From assembly GCF_030684315.1 (NCBI RefSeq), contig NC_081391.1, positions 15,291,342-15,355,341 of the forward strand: 64,000 nucleotides of DNA, written 5' to 3'. Below, piece after piece: positions 40,136 through 52,731 of the stretch. Both the position numbers and the translations under genes were made by a program. Under the pieces are notes generated by a model, which worked only from the letters and a program-made list of their open reading frames with translations, was not told the origin of the DNA and did no database searches. Source of the DNA: Stegostoma tigrinum (Eukaryota). The first letter of the stretch is position 1. Each line of letters begins with the position of its first letter.

Positions 40136-41400
40136 AGATAATAAAATGTGAGGCTGGATGAACACAGCAGGCCAAGCAGCATCTCAGGAGCACAAAAGCT
40201 GACGTTTCGGGCCTAGACCCTTCATCAGAGAGGGGGATGGGGAGAGGGAACTGGAATAAATAGGGAGAGAGGGGGAGGCGGACCGAAGATGGAGAGTAAA
40301 GAAGATAGGTGGAGAGAGTATAGGTGGGGAGGTAGGGAGGGGATAGGTCAGTCCAGGGAAGACGGACAGGTCAAGGAGGTGGGATGAGGTTAGTAGGTAG
40401 CTGGGGGTGCGGCTTGGGGTGGGAGGAAGGGATGGGTGAGAGGAAGAACTGGTTAGGGAGGCAGAGACAGGTTGGACTGGTTTTGGGATGCAGTGGGTGG
40501 AGGGGAAGAGCTGGGCTGGTTGTGTGGTGCAGTGGGGGGAGGGGACGAACTGGGATGGTTTAGGGATGCAGTAGGGGAAGGGGAGATTTTGAAACTGGTG
40601 AAGTCCACATTGATACCATTAGGCTGCAGGGTTCCCAAGCGCAATATGAGTTGCTGTTCCTGCAACCTTTGGGTGGCATCATTGTGGCACTGCAGGAGGC
40701 CCATGATGGACATGTCATCTAGAGAATGGGAGGGGGAGTGGAAATGGTTTGCGACTGGGAGGTGCAGTTGTTTGTTGCGAACTGAGCGGAGGTGTTTTGC
40801 AAAGCGGTCTCCAAGCCTCCGCTTGGTTTCCCCAATGTAGAGGAAGCCACACCGGGTACGGTGGATGCAGTATACCACATTGGCAGATGTGCAGGTGAAC
40901 CTCTGCTTAATGTGGAATGTCATCTTGGGGCCTGGGATAGGGGTGAGGGAGGAGGTGTCGGGGCAAGTGTAGCATTTCCTGCGGTTGCAGGGGAAGGTGC
41001 TGGGTGTGGTGGGGTTGGAGGGCAGTGTGGAGCGAACAAGGGAGTCACGGAGAGAGTGGTCTCTCCGGAAAGCAGACAGGGGTGGGGATGGAAAAATGTC
41101 TTGGGTGGTGGGGTCGGATTGTAAATGGCGGAAGTGTCGGAGGATGATGCGTTGTATCCGGAGGTTGGTAGGGTGGTGTGTGAGAACGAGGGGGATCCTC
41201 TTAGGGCGGTTGTGGCGGGGGCGGGGTGTGAGGGATGTGTTGCGGGAAATACGGGAGACGCGGTCAAGGGCGTGCTCGATCACTGTGGGGGGAAAGTTGC
41301 GGTCCTTGAAGAACTTGGACATCTGGGATGTGCGGGAGTGGAATGTCTTATCGTGGGAGCAAATGCGGCGGAGGCGGAGGAATTGGAAATAGGGGATGGA
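40136..41400 (-). mobile_element. Young 5'-truncated Penelope-like element with an open RT C-terminus/GIY-YIG frame
   Basis: ORF 40453-41415 (SIPYFQFLRLRRICS..., IPLVLTHHP, CNRRKCYTC, NVVYCIH..CGFLYIGETKRRLGDRFAKH). Its ATG comes from flanking DNA. Confidence 0.92.
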
Positions 41401-42317
41401 TGATGATGTAGACATTTACTTCTCATGCAATTATAATGATCCTTCAATAATTACATAGCTTCATGCTTGCTGCAATGATGAGCAATTAACATTAGTCAAA
41501 AGTTAACCTATAAAATTCTAGCAGGGCTAGACGGTAAACACAGAAATGCTGTTTCCAGGTTGTCCAGAACCAGTCAAAGGATCTGGGGTAGGCCATTTAG
41601 GACTGAGATTAGGAGAAATTTCTTCACCAGCAATATTGAGCCAGTGGAATTCTCTGTTCCAGAAAGCATATTTTCAAGGAATTAGATATAAATCTTAGCG
41701 CTAAATGGAGAAATGGTATGCCTTTGATGCCCACATTCCATGAGTGAATAAACTCCTCACCCACCTACAAGGAGAAGATTCTAACCTTGACCACCCCAAC
41801 TGGATGAAAGGCCATGCCCAAGTATTTTTCTGTTCCTCTCTCTCACTGTCTATCTGATTCATAACTATATTTTCTGATTTTTTTTCTCTCCCCCTCTCAT
41901 TATCAACCTGTTTCTCTCATTATTTCTTTGGCCCTCTTTTCTATCTCCCTAAATCCTTCTGTTTTTCACAGTCTTGGTGTTTCCTCACCGTGTCTGACTT
42001 TTTCATCGTATTGCTCTGACTCTCTCCATATCTCTCTTTCCTTTGTTGCTCTAAACCTTGATTATCTGCCTATCTCTGATCTTCTCTATTTCTATCTCAA
42101 ATCTATGATGCTCCCCCTTTATCATGCATCCCTACTCATTAGTTTTTTACTTTCTTTCACGCTCAGTCTCACAATCTGATTTCCCCATACACTATGTCTT
42201 TCAGGGGATTTTTCAATCTGTTTCTCCTTTTTGTATGATTGTAAGCACTGGACTGGAATTCTGATCCTGTCAATGCCTTGATATTTTTTGCAAAGTAAAA
42301 ATGCTATTAATCAGATG

Positions 42318-42965
42318 GTTCGCAACAAACATCTGCATCTCCCAGTCGCGAACCAATTTAACTCCCCCTCCCATTCCTTAGAAGACATGTCCAGCCTGGG
42401 CCTCCTGCAGTGCCATAATGATGCCATCCGAAGGTTGCAGGAACAGCAACTCATATTCCGCTTGGGAACCCTGCAGCCCAATGGTATCAATGTGGACTTC
42501 GCAAGCTTCAAAATCTCCCATTCCCCCACTGCATCCCAAAACCAGCCCAGCTCGTCCCCTCCCCCACTGCATCCCAAAACCAGCCCAGCTCGTCCCCGCC
42601 TCCCTAACCTGTTCTTCTTCCCACCTATCCCCTCCTCCCACCTCAAGCTGCACCTCCATTTCCTCCTACTAACCTCATCCCGCCTCCTTGACCTGTCCGT
42701 CTTCCCTGGACTGACCTATCCCCTCCCTACCTATACTCTCCTCTCCACCTATCTTCTCCTCTATCCATCTTCAGTCCACCTCCCCCTCTCTCCCTATTTA
42801 TTTCAGAACCCTCCGCCCATCCCCCTCTCTGATGAAGGGTCTAGGCCCGAAACGTCAGCTTTTGTGCTCCTAAGATGCTGCTCGGCCTGCTGTGTTCATC
42901 CAGCTCCACACTTTGTTATCTCAGATTCTCCAGCATCTGCAGTGCCCATTATCTCTGATCACTCT
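42318..42965 (+). mobile_element. 5'-truncated Penelope-like element
   Basis: GIY-YIG C-terminus plus pLTR with ctgatgaagggtctaggcccgaaacgtc. TSD ttaatcagatg at 42307-42317 and 42966-42976. Confidence 0.9.
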
Positions 42966-44325
42966 TTAATCAGATGTATGTGTGCTTTGACCTGAGATTG
43001 CAATTCAATTAGCTTCTGTCTTGCTGCCCCTCGTGTGAATTCTCAATTCCCGACAGTCAGTCCAGGAATGGAACCCAAAAAGATCTTCATGAGGAAGAAG
43101 ATGATCAGTGGATTCTAACCATGGGGACTTTTAGAGTCCCAGAGAGCAGCGATTCTCAGCATCTTCAAGGGATCATTGTGTTAATGAGACTTGAAAAATG
43201 AATATACTGGAAGGTTCAAAATGGCAAAATTGATTGTTGCAATGCTCTTCTGGCCTCCACCTTTCCACCTTCCATAAACCTCAGCTCATTCAAAGCTTTG
43301 CAACATCACAGCTGATACCAATTTCCACTCGGCCATTATCTAGTGTCAGTGGCAGATGGCAGCATAGTGGTAATGTTATTGGACTAGTGGTCTGGAAGCT
43401 AACATTCCAGAGACTGGGGTTCAAATCCCACCATGTCAGTTGGTGAAATTTAAATTTAGAGAATAAACATAAATGTAGTCATAGATAACTATCATCCCAC
43501 CTGTTCACCAATGTCCTTTGTCAAGGAAATCTTCTGCCCTTATCTAATTTTCACTAAATGTGAATTCAAACTTAGCAATGTAGTTAGCTCTGAGTTGCTC
43601 TTTGGCCTAGTAAGGCAGTGAGTTCAAGGGCAATCAGCAATACCAAACAAATGCTGGCCTTACCACACACACCAGCAATGAAAGAGCTAAATCTCAATCT
43701 CAATTCCTCCATGCTTTGAGGAACTGGTCCCTAAAGTCAGGAATTCCTTCCCTAAACGTCTGTGCTATTTCACCCTTCTGTGTACTTTTAGTCACTCCTT
43801 AAAATTCTTTCTCCCTGACCAAGCCCTAATACCTCCTCATTTGACTCAGCATCAAATTATGTTTGATAATCATACCTGTAAAAGACTTCAAAACAAGCCA
43901 CCACATTAAAGATGAGACTCAGTTTGCTGTTCATGAATACTTCACTTGGCTGCTTGGTGACATTGCTGCTGATGCATTGTCAAGGGATCCCCCTAGTCAT
44001 ATAAGGTAATGATTCTGAAAAAGTTTGTGTTGAAGATGCATCAAGCACCACCCAGTCTGATGATTTTTGAGTGAGGCATCAGGCATTTGTTGTATGTAAT
44101 CCTGATGTGGTCACATATAACGTGCCAGGTGTTTGATAGGACTTGTACCTAACTAGTCAGTGTAACTCGCACTTGTTGTTATCATTGCAATAAACTGGCT
44201 CTTGTTACGTAAAGCAAGTATCTCTTTTTGTTAAGAAGACAAAAAGTCAAAACTGAAGGCCCAGTTTAAGCTGTGGAGCACTCATAACAAATTATACAAA
44301 TTTGTTGTGTGTGTTGAAGTAAATA

Positions 44326-44670
44326 GGGTGGCATCGTGGCTTAGTGGTTAGCACATTGCCTCACAGTGCCAGGGACCTGTTTTGATTCCATCCTTGGGTG
44401 ACTGTCCATGTAGAGTTTGGACATTTCTCCATGTCTGCCTGGGTTTTCACTAAGATGCTCCAGTTTCCTCCAACAGTCCATAGATATGCAGGTTAGGTGG
44501 ACTGACCATGCTAAATTATCCTGTAGTGACCAGGGATGTGTGGACTAGGTGGTTTAGCCCTGGTAAATGTGGGATTATGGGGATAGGGTGGGGGGTAGAT
44601 CTGGGTGCGATGCTATTTGGATGGTTGATGCAGACTCAATTGGCTGAACGGCCTCTTTCCGCACTGTAGA
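44326..44670 (+). mobile_element. HE1-like V-SINE
   Basis: Same architecture as 1925-2262. Confidence 0.85.
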
Positions 44671-45555
44671 CGTTGTTATTTAGAAAATAACAATGATCTG
44701 ATAGCCATTACAGGGATGTGGCAGCAGGATGACAAAGATTGCAAAAGAGAAACTTTTCTCTATTCACCATGTTCCACTCTGAGGCACCTCACTACAAGTG
44801 CAATATATATTGCTGTGGATATTGCATTTTTCAGTCAGGTTTTGAGGACACCACTTTGAGGAGGAGTCTGTTAAGTCAGTATCAAACTTGGCATCATAGT
44901 TCCTGACTAATCCTATTTTTCTGTGTTTTTAATTAACTCCCTAACTTAAAGATCCTCCCCAAAATCTTTTGGTTTCAACTACAGTCAGCAGTTTAAATGA
45001 CCTATGTATAAACAACACAAGCAAGTTGTGACATAAATATTGTTTTAATTTTTAAAATATCAACATTTGAAAAGGTGTTTAAACGTACAGTACACTATAC
45101 ACAAAAACCTTATACTATGCACATCCATTGCACTCAAAATGCAACTGCTACTTAAGTTAATTGTTAATTTACAATTCATTTCAAGTATTACTCAAGTGAT
45201 AGAGTTTAGTGCATTGCTTGGAAATGCCATCAATAATGAAAGTGAATTTTCTCTTTTTCCTCCAGAATGTTTGGGGGAGTCTCGCAGTTTCCATAAATTA
45301 CATCCACCCTAACCCCAGCCAATCCCATCTAGATCTACTGATTAGAATCAGAGAACTTTTGAGCGCTGTTTCAAAGTAAGTGAAAATTTCTTTAGTGAAG
45401 CCCCCAGTGGGTGCTTTCCCCTATAATTAATTTGGAAAAGTAAATGGTGGGGAGGGGAGGTGAAAATTAAAGTCTTCACAGAATCACAGATGCAGCCACT
45501 AATCCCAGCCTCTGCAGGAGGGGCCAACACTTAAATCAACACAGTCTGCGCACTT

Positions 45556-45562
45556 GCGCGCA

Positions 45563-45625
<63 letters not shown>

Positions 45626-45634
45626 GCACACACA
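45556..45634. repeat. (CA)n microsatellite with flanking (CG) dinucleotides
   Basis: Directly visible alternating purine-pyrimidine tract. Confidence 0.97.
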
Positions 45635-48600
45635 GATATATATCCAGCATGTTTATAAAATCGTTTAAAATTGATTAACTTTGATGTGCACATGATGGAA
45701 GCAAATTGTAAACAACATATAAAATCATGATTCATGAAGTTTTGTCACAATACAGTTCTAATTTCTAGGCTTCAACGTAACCATTACCTTTGGTGGTACG
45801 TCAACAACTCTATGTATATTTAGATAACACCTCTAACATCCTAAAATGCCCCAAGGCACTTCACAAGAGCATTATAAAACAACATGTGACACCAATCCAT
45901 ATATGGCAATGTTAGAAATAAAAACAAAGTGTGGAGAAACTCAGCAGATCTGGCAATATCTTTGGAGAGAGAAGCAGAATTAACATTTTAAGTCTGATAT
46001 GACTCTACTTTGTAATAGGCGATATTGGGTCGGGTGACCAAAAGGGAGGAAGCTTTTAAGCAGTAAAGTGAGATAGAGAGATTTAGGCAGGAAATTTCAC
46101 AACTTAGAACCCTGGTGACTGAAAGCAATTGAAATGTGCCTCAGCGCTCAAGATTCGAGAACTGGATGAGTGCAGTGATCTGAGAGGTGTGTGCAGCTAG
46201 AGGAAATCATAGAAATAGGAAGGAATTTGAGAAGAAGGATGAACACTCTAAAATTGCTTGATCAGGAGCGTAAGCAAATCAGAAGGCCTTTGGGAAACAA
46301 GACTTGCCATGAGTTATGACACAGGCTGCAGACTTCCGAATGACCTCGGGTTTTTAGAGGGTAGAATTTGAGAGACCCGCCAGGAGTGCATTGGAATGGT
46401 AAAGGTGAGAAGTCATGAAGGCCTGAATGAGGTAAGGGTTTCAGCAGCAGATGAGTTGAGACAGGGGTGGTATCCAGGAGGTGGAAATAGGCACCCTTTG
46501 AGAAGATGCCTCATTCCAATCCAAATAGTTTTCCAATCCAATTGCTGAACATGTTTTCTGGTTATTGTAAAGCAATTTCATGAATTATATCAGTACTGCT
46601 GGATCCTAAATATTTGAACTGTATTGACTCAAAACACTTGAAATTAAGTTCAGAAATAACTCTATAAACATCCTGTATGATATGTGCATATGTACATATA
46701 CATACATATAAATATTGCATATGCATAATACAAATGTGTTTTTTCCCTTCCCAGTAGTTTATAGTGTTCACACTGCACAGCTCTTGGGGAAAGTGTCTGC
46801 TGGTGAAAACTCCACGACTGCTGCCTGTGTCTAGTGAGGAGGTACCAGGAGACAATTTGGAGTACCTTTCATCGCCAGTTATTCTCATTACTAGCAGCAA
46901 TGTGTCACACTTGCTTGAGAAACTGAATTTCTAATTAAAGGGTGTTTATGTCGCAGAGATGGGGAAAGTGAGCGGCATTGTGTGGCAGACTCAAGCAACT
47001 CAGCAGTGCCAAAATTTGAGATCTGCAAATCAATAACCAAATAAACTCAACCACACTTGATGCAACAACTTTGCCGTGCCCATAACGAGAGTGAGGCATT
47101 CCTATCACCACACTGACTGCGCAGCTCACAAAGTCTGCTGGTCCCTGTTGGACAGTGCGACTTATACCTTTGATCTGTGAAGCTGGAGGTAGTCAACAGA
47201 AGACCCCATCTATCTCTTAGCATCAGCCACACACATTCCTGCTCCTCAGCGGGGAAAACGTGGCCCATCAACAGTCGTCAGTCAATTAGAATGGGCACTG
47301 CTCTTGTTGGTTGAGACGTTGGGTTGGAGTATTTGGTGGGTGGACCCACTGGATTTCCAGTTCTACTTTACATGTGTACTGATGAGGTGGCACAATGCTG
47401 TAGATTCCGTGACCCCTTCCCCTTACTCCCACTGCAGGATAGGCCCTTAAAGGTATGGTTCCACACAACATTTTTTTTAGCAAAAGTTTTTTTTTGAGGA
47501 ACAGGCATCTTTAAGGCTAATGACCCTTGCTAAGTTCTAGCACTGATTCTAGAGGAACTGATACCTTCTACAAACCCGGCATTTTGTGATCAGTCTGTGA
47601 ATTTGGAGCAAATAAATAGTTCAGAAATATATATAGGAGTGGAGGAAATCACAGAGAATGGGAAAGTTGCTTGATTATTTGCTTCACAAGGTGCTATTTT
47701 CCCTTCCTTGAAACCAAACAGAAAGAATATAATTGGGCCAGGTGGCCATGGAAAAATACCCCATTCTCACCATCCCACTCATTAAGTTTGGGTGAGAAGG
47801 TCCATTGGTCAATTAATGGACACTTGAGGGCCTCAACTTATCACTTCCAGGACTTAAGATTTTGGAGTGCCATGGTGGAGTTTCTACCTCTGACTGTCAA
47901 GTCCAACTTGCTCTAGAGGTGTGTCACAACATGTTTGAACAGGTTGATGAGAAATATCTACCACCTGCTCTATCACCTGCCTTGGTTGTGGGTGGGAAAG
48001 GTGTCTTGTTTCATGACCAGATGTGGGGTTAGAAAGGAGGGACCTCCAATTTCCCCAATAGAGGGTCAATTGGAAACCTCCAGAAGGAAAATCCAATCAG
48101 AATTGTCAAACTAGACGCACTAATCTGACTCACCGTTTGCACTTCAAAATAGATCATTTAAAAACATGACTATTTCTCAAATTGGTTTTTTCTTTGGGAT
48201 GGACAAGGATTGGCTGTCTGATATCTCCTGGCCTTGACCATGACCCCATACCCCGATCTCCACAATAAGAAGATAACTAACAATGCCCCATGGAGTAGGC
48301 CTCGATTGGTAATCCTTAGGACTGGAAGCTGAATGACTGGCGGCTTCTGGCAACCTGAGACACCAGGCGGGCTACAAGTCAAGTTGCTCAATGGTGGGGT
48401 GCTAGGTTAGTGGCCACCTAACAGGCCTACCTACACACTTTAAACCAAAGTTAGAAAATCGGAACCCGATAAGCTTTTCTTTGAAAGTCTACAATCTCTT
48501 TCAGTTTTTTTTGGGGGGGGGGGTGAATAAAGTTTATTTCTTCTTCCCAACCTTAGTTTTCTTTATGGTGAGGGGAGAGGCTGGTATACCTGGTGTTACA

Positions 48601-48692
48601 TTTAGCCAAAACAAAGCATATTTATTTTTTAAAATTCAGTCACAGGATGTGGACATCACTGAACTAGGTTGGCAGTTTTCTTTCCTGTAAAG

Positions 48693-48925
48693 AACTGCGG
48701 ATGCTGTAAGTCAGAGACTAAAAATAGAAGTTGCTGAAAAAACTCAGTAGGTCTGGCAGCATCTGTGGAGAGAAATCAGAGTTAATGTTTGGGTTTGAAT
48801 GACCCTTCCTCAGAACTGGGAGGGGTCTGAGGAAGGGTCACTTGACCCAAAACGTTAACTCTGATTTCTCTCCACAGGTGCAGCCAGACCTACTGAGTTT
48901 TTTCAGCAACTTCTATTTTTGTCTC
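48693..48925. mobile_element. Palindromic Penelope-derived element with a decayed hammerhead core
   Basis: Arms of ~100 bp (~48715-48814 and ~48826-48925). ctgaggaagggtcacttgacccAAAAcgttaact shows the core GAAA mutated. Confidence 0.75.
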
Positions 48926-49191
48926 TTTCCCCACCCCATCCCTAAATTCTAGAGGACAATTAAAAGCCAATTACATTGCTCTAGGCTTGAGTCACTAAAA
49001 GCTACACCAGGTGAAGATCACAGATTCCTTCCCCAGCAGATATTATTGATTTTTACTTTATGCCTGGTTCCTTCCCCCACACATCCTCCACTCCTTTAAG
49101 AGGCAGTAGATGTGGACTGTGCCTGTCTAGGTTGTGTGGTGCAAGTTGGGTGAGAGCTGGAGGTGAAGGAGATCAATCAGGATTTCTCCCC

Positions 49192-49444
49192 TTACTTCTT
49201 TTCCACCAATCTGTGCATTTGGAGCTTCCTGCACCTGGCAAAAAGTGAGATTAGGCTCCTCCGCCGACGTTTTCCGTAGCCATTGGGGTCATCTGTACTT
49301 TTTGGGGGACTTGGCTCCTTCCCTTTAGGTCCCAGCTGGTAGAGTCTATAGGCCAGGTTGAGAGTGTTGCAGATGCCCAGGAAGCAGCGCGAGGGCTTGT
49401 ATTTGTTGTCGGGGCCACGTTTAACTCTACCTTTTGGCACTGTA
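49192..49444 (-). CDS. adm5: Adrenomedullin-family (AM5-like) precursor, last coding exon, encoding the mature peptide
   Basis: Branch point ACTAAC plus a T-rich tract and CAG acceptor (phase 2). Encodes TVPKG-RVKR-GPDNKYKPSRCFLGICNTLNLAYRLYQLGPKGKEPSPPKSTDDPNGY-G-KRRRR-SLISLFARCRKLQMHRLVEKK*: a 6-residue Cys ring, an NLAxxLYQxG helix and a P-x-G-Y-G-K-R amidation site. The family call is strong; the paralog symbol is less certain. Confidence 0.9.
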
Positions 49445-50678
49445 CTGGAATTCAAACCAAACCAAAACAAAAAGCAGTCTGTTAGTTACCAGCCATGAAT
49501 CCAATTGGACAAGAGGCCATTCATCCCACTGTGCTTGTGCTGATCATTTTGAAAGAGCTTCCCAATTTACAAAACTCAGCCCTGCAGTCCCGTCTCTCTT
49601 TCTTCTTTTAAGATTCTTCCTAAGACATGCTTTTCTGATGAAACCTTTGCTCCTAATATCTTATGAAAGCTGTCAAACTATTAACTGGTTATCAACCATG
49701 TAAAATACCTTGGGATATTTTACTCCATGAAATGTGCTGCATAAATGCAACATGTTATGCCTGTCCTTTTCCACTGATTCCCCCCACAGCCATAGAGTTA
49801 TAGAAATGTACAGCACAGAAACAGATCCTTCAGTCCAACTCACCCGTGCCAACCAGATATCCTAAATTAATCTAGCCCCGTTTGTCAGCATTTGGCCCAT
49901 ATCCTTCTAAATCCTTCCTATTCATGTACCCATTCCAGAAGCCTTTTAAATGTTGTAATTGCACCAGCTTTCCCCACCTTCTCTGGCAGCTCATTTCATA
50001 CATGCACCACCCTCTGCTTGAAAAAGTTGGTTCCTTTCAAATACCTGCCCCTCTCACCTTTCTATGCCCTCTAGTTTTGGACTTCCCTAACCTGGGGAAA
50101 AGTCTTTTGATATTCACCCTTTCAATGTTCCTCATGATTTTATAATTTTTGTAAGGTCACCCCTCAGCCTCTGACATTCCTCAAAATTGTTTCCCTGATA
50201 TTGCTGAAAAGAGAGATGTGTTGCCTAAATGCTTGATCATTTGCTTATCAGGACAAATGCAAGAATGCCAAATGTCAAATAAACACAACTTACACTCGTC
50301 AAATAAAGGATGCCAATTCTTTGGCAGTTGAACTACGATTGGCCAAAGCATTGTCATGGAGAAAGCAACAGCAAATTATATTTCTTCCTATGCCACCAGG
50401 AAATTTAAAAAAAAAGCAAGGTTTGCAACACACTCCTTTAGTTTGTGAATTATTTCATATGTCGGAACCCACACTCTGTAAACAGCAGGCTGTTTTACTG
50501 TGATGGCCTCACACCTGTTAATATTCTGATTTAGTGCCAATTTTCTAGGCAGGGTAACCAGTGACCAAAGTGGTGTAGGAGTGTGGCCCATCAGAGAATC
50601 AGGTGCAGGACCTTCTCCCTTCCCCAGTTGAACACCACACTCGTACTCACAAAACTAAGAAGGGAGCTCTACAGGGTA

Positions 50679-51326
50679 ATAAAATGTGAGGCTGGATGAA
50701 CACAGCAGGCCAAGCAGCATCTCAGGAGCACAAAAGCTGACGTTTCGGGCCTAGACCCTTCATCAGAGAGGGGGATGGGGGGAGGGAACTGGAATAAATA
50801 GGGAGAGAGGGGGAGGCGGACCGAAGATGGAGAGTAAAGAAGATAGGTGGAGAGGGTGTAGGTGGGGAGGTAGGGAGGGGATAGGTCAGTCCAGGGAAGA
50901 CGGACAGGTCAAGGAGGTGGGATGAGGTTAGTAGGTAGCTGGGGGTGCGGCTTGGGGTGGGAGGAAGGGATGGGTGAGAGGAAGAACCGGTTAGGTTCCT
51001 TCCTCCCACCCCAAGCCGCACCCCCAGCTACCTACTAACCTCATCCCACCTCCTTGACCTGTCCGTCTTCCCTGGACTGACCTATCCCCTCCCTACCTCC
51101 CCACCTACACCCTCTCCACCTATCTTCTTTACTCTCCATCTTCGGTCCGCCTCCCCCTCTCTCCCTATTTATTCCAGTTCCCTCCCCCCATCCCCCTCTC
51201 TGATGAAGGGTCTAGGCCCGAAACGTCAGCTTTTGTGCTCCTGAGATGCTGCTTGGCCTGCTGTGTTCATCCAGCCTCACATTTTATTATCTTGGAATCT
51301 CCAGCATCTGCAGTTCCCATTATCTC
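50679..51326. mobile_element. Young Penelope pLTR insertion in inverted (head-to-head) form, within the last intron of the adrenomedullin gene
   Basis: Arms 50677-50968 and 50998-51289 are reverse complements. 14-bp TSD agctctacagggta at 50665-50678 and 51327-51340. Confidence 0.95.
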
Positions 51327-51680
51327 AGCTCTACAGGGTAGCTTCCTTGGCTCATTAATAACATCATGTTCTAAGCCCACAGCCTCTACCACAGAGAAAG
51401 AAAGGGAAACATGGGAATACAGCACCTACAATGTCCCATTAAAGCCATACATCTTCCTGACTTGGAAATGTATTGCTGTTCCTTCAATCTAGCTGGTTCA
51501 AAATTCTGACTGTCCTTCCCTGACAGCAATGAGGGCTTGCCTGTACACCACAGATTCAAGTGTTTCAAAAAGGTGGCTCACCACTGCCTTCTCAAAAGGG
51601 GAATAGGGATGGCTAACAAATTTTGGCACAGCCAGCAATCCCCACATACGCCAAACGAATATTAAAGAACTACAAAATAC

Positions 51681-51860
51681 CTGTCATTGATGCTTCCCTC
51701 CCTGTTCTCCAATTTAGAATCCAGGAAACCTGTAGCAGAGTCAGATGCAGAGGTGATTTGGGACTGTGGGACACTCTTTACCTGTGGCTCCAAAAGCTTC
51801 ACGTTGGAATTTTGCAGATTTTGAAGAAATAACTGGAAAGCAGGTGAGGGACCTGGGTTT
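51681..51860 (-). CDS. adm5: Adrenomedullin-family precursor, middle coding exon (propeptide)
   Basis: Acceptor tttctttgtccctccccAG and donor GACAG|GTATTT. 180 nt, phase 2/2, open in the required frame (NPGPSPAFQLFLQNLQ...EGSIND). Confidence 0.85.
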
Positions 51861-52645
51861 CTGGGGAGGGACAAAGAAACACAGGAGCAGGTTAAATTAG
51901 AAACCCCTAACAGACTCAGCAAAAAACCTATATTGATATGGCATCTTTAATGTGATGAAAGATATGCAGGAGGAAAATTTGACAACGGGACATATAAGGA
52001 CAGGTTTTGCCTCATCACCAAAAGCTTGGTCCGAGAGGCGGAGTTTATGGAGGATCTTAAAGGAGGATGCAAAGACTCAGATGTAGGAAGGAACTTTCAG
52101 AGTTTCATCCTCTGCAAATGGAAGCATTGCCACCAATGCTGGAGCAATTAATATCAGATTTGCACAAGACATCAGAATTAGAGGAAGTGAAGATACCTCA
52201 GAGGGTTGTGGGTCTGGAGGAGATTAGAGATGGGGTAGGGAGGGACTGAGGCTATGGATGGATTTGAAAACCAGAAGAAGTATTTTATGATGAAGACATT
52301 GCTTAACCAGGAGTCAATGTGCTACATAACTTCCATAGAGATTTGTAGAAGCTGACAGTTCATAAATTAACCAGATGTATGTTGAGCTGTATAAATGAGT
52401 GATTCCTGGTAAATCTCACATTGTGAGGTTAACTGTCTTCTCCTTTAATTCACTCCATAAAGCCTCCCTTACTAATCAAACTCACCAGGTCCTGATATCC
52501 GGGGCCCCAGTGTTAAATTTTTGATTGATACAGTTCCTATGCTGTGCCATGCTATGTTTTTAATTGCGTTAAAGGGCAAATAAATGCCAGTTGTAATACT
52601 TTGGAAGTTCAACAGCAAGGAATAGAAAGTATGGCAATCTCTTAC

Positions 52646-52731
52646 CTTTTGGTTCTGGCCAGCGCCTGTGTTTCAACAAGGACGCCCATGTGGAAATATA
52701 ACATTGCGACGAGCACAAACACCACTGTCAT
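52646..52731 (-). CDS. adm5: Adrenomedullin-family precursor, first coding exon (signal peptide)
   Basis: Acceptor ttttcAG (exon starts 52742), ATG at 52731, hydrophobic MTVVFVLVAMLYFHMGVLVETQALARTK, donor AAAG|GTAAGA (phase 2). The spliced ORF is 519 nt, 172 aa. Confidence 0.88.

Noticed and set aside
40453-41415. 320-aa ORF as a domesticated GIY-YIG gene
   Set aside because: Near-identical to other truncated copies in the window, with an ATG supplied by the flank; youth of the insertion explains the open frame.
48525-48626. AATAAA sites (minus strand 48533-48538 and 48621-48626) as the poly(A) signal of the hormone gene
   Set aside because: Plausible, but they sit among repeat tails and cannot be chosen over more distal sites without 3'-end data.
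49417-49434. Amidated PAMP-like peptide ending at K-G before RVKR
   Set aside because: Carboxypeptidase trimming after furin cleavage would stop at Val, so it would need an unsupported monobasic cleavage; no similarity to PAMP.
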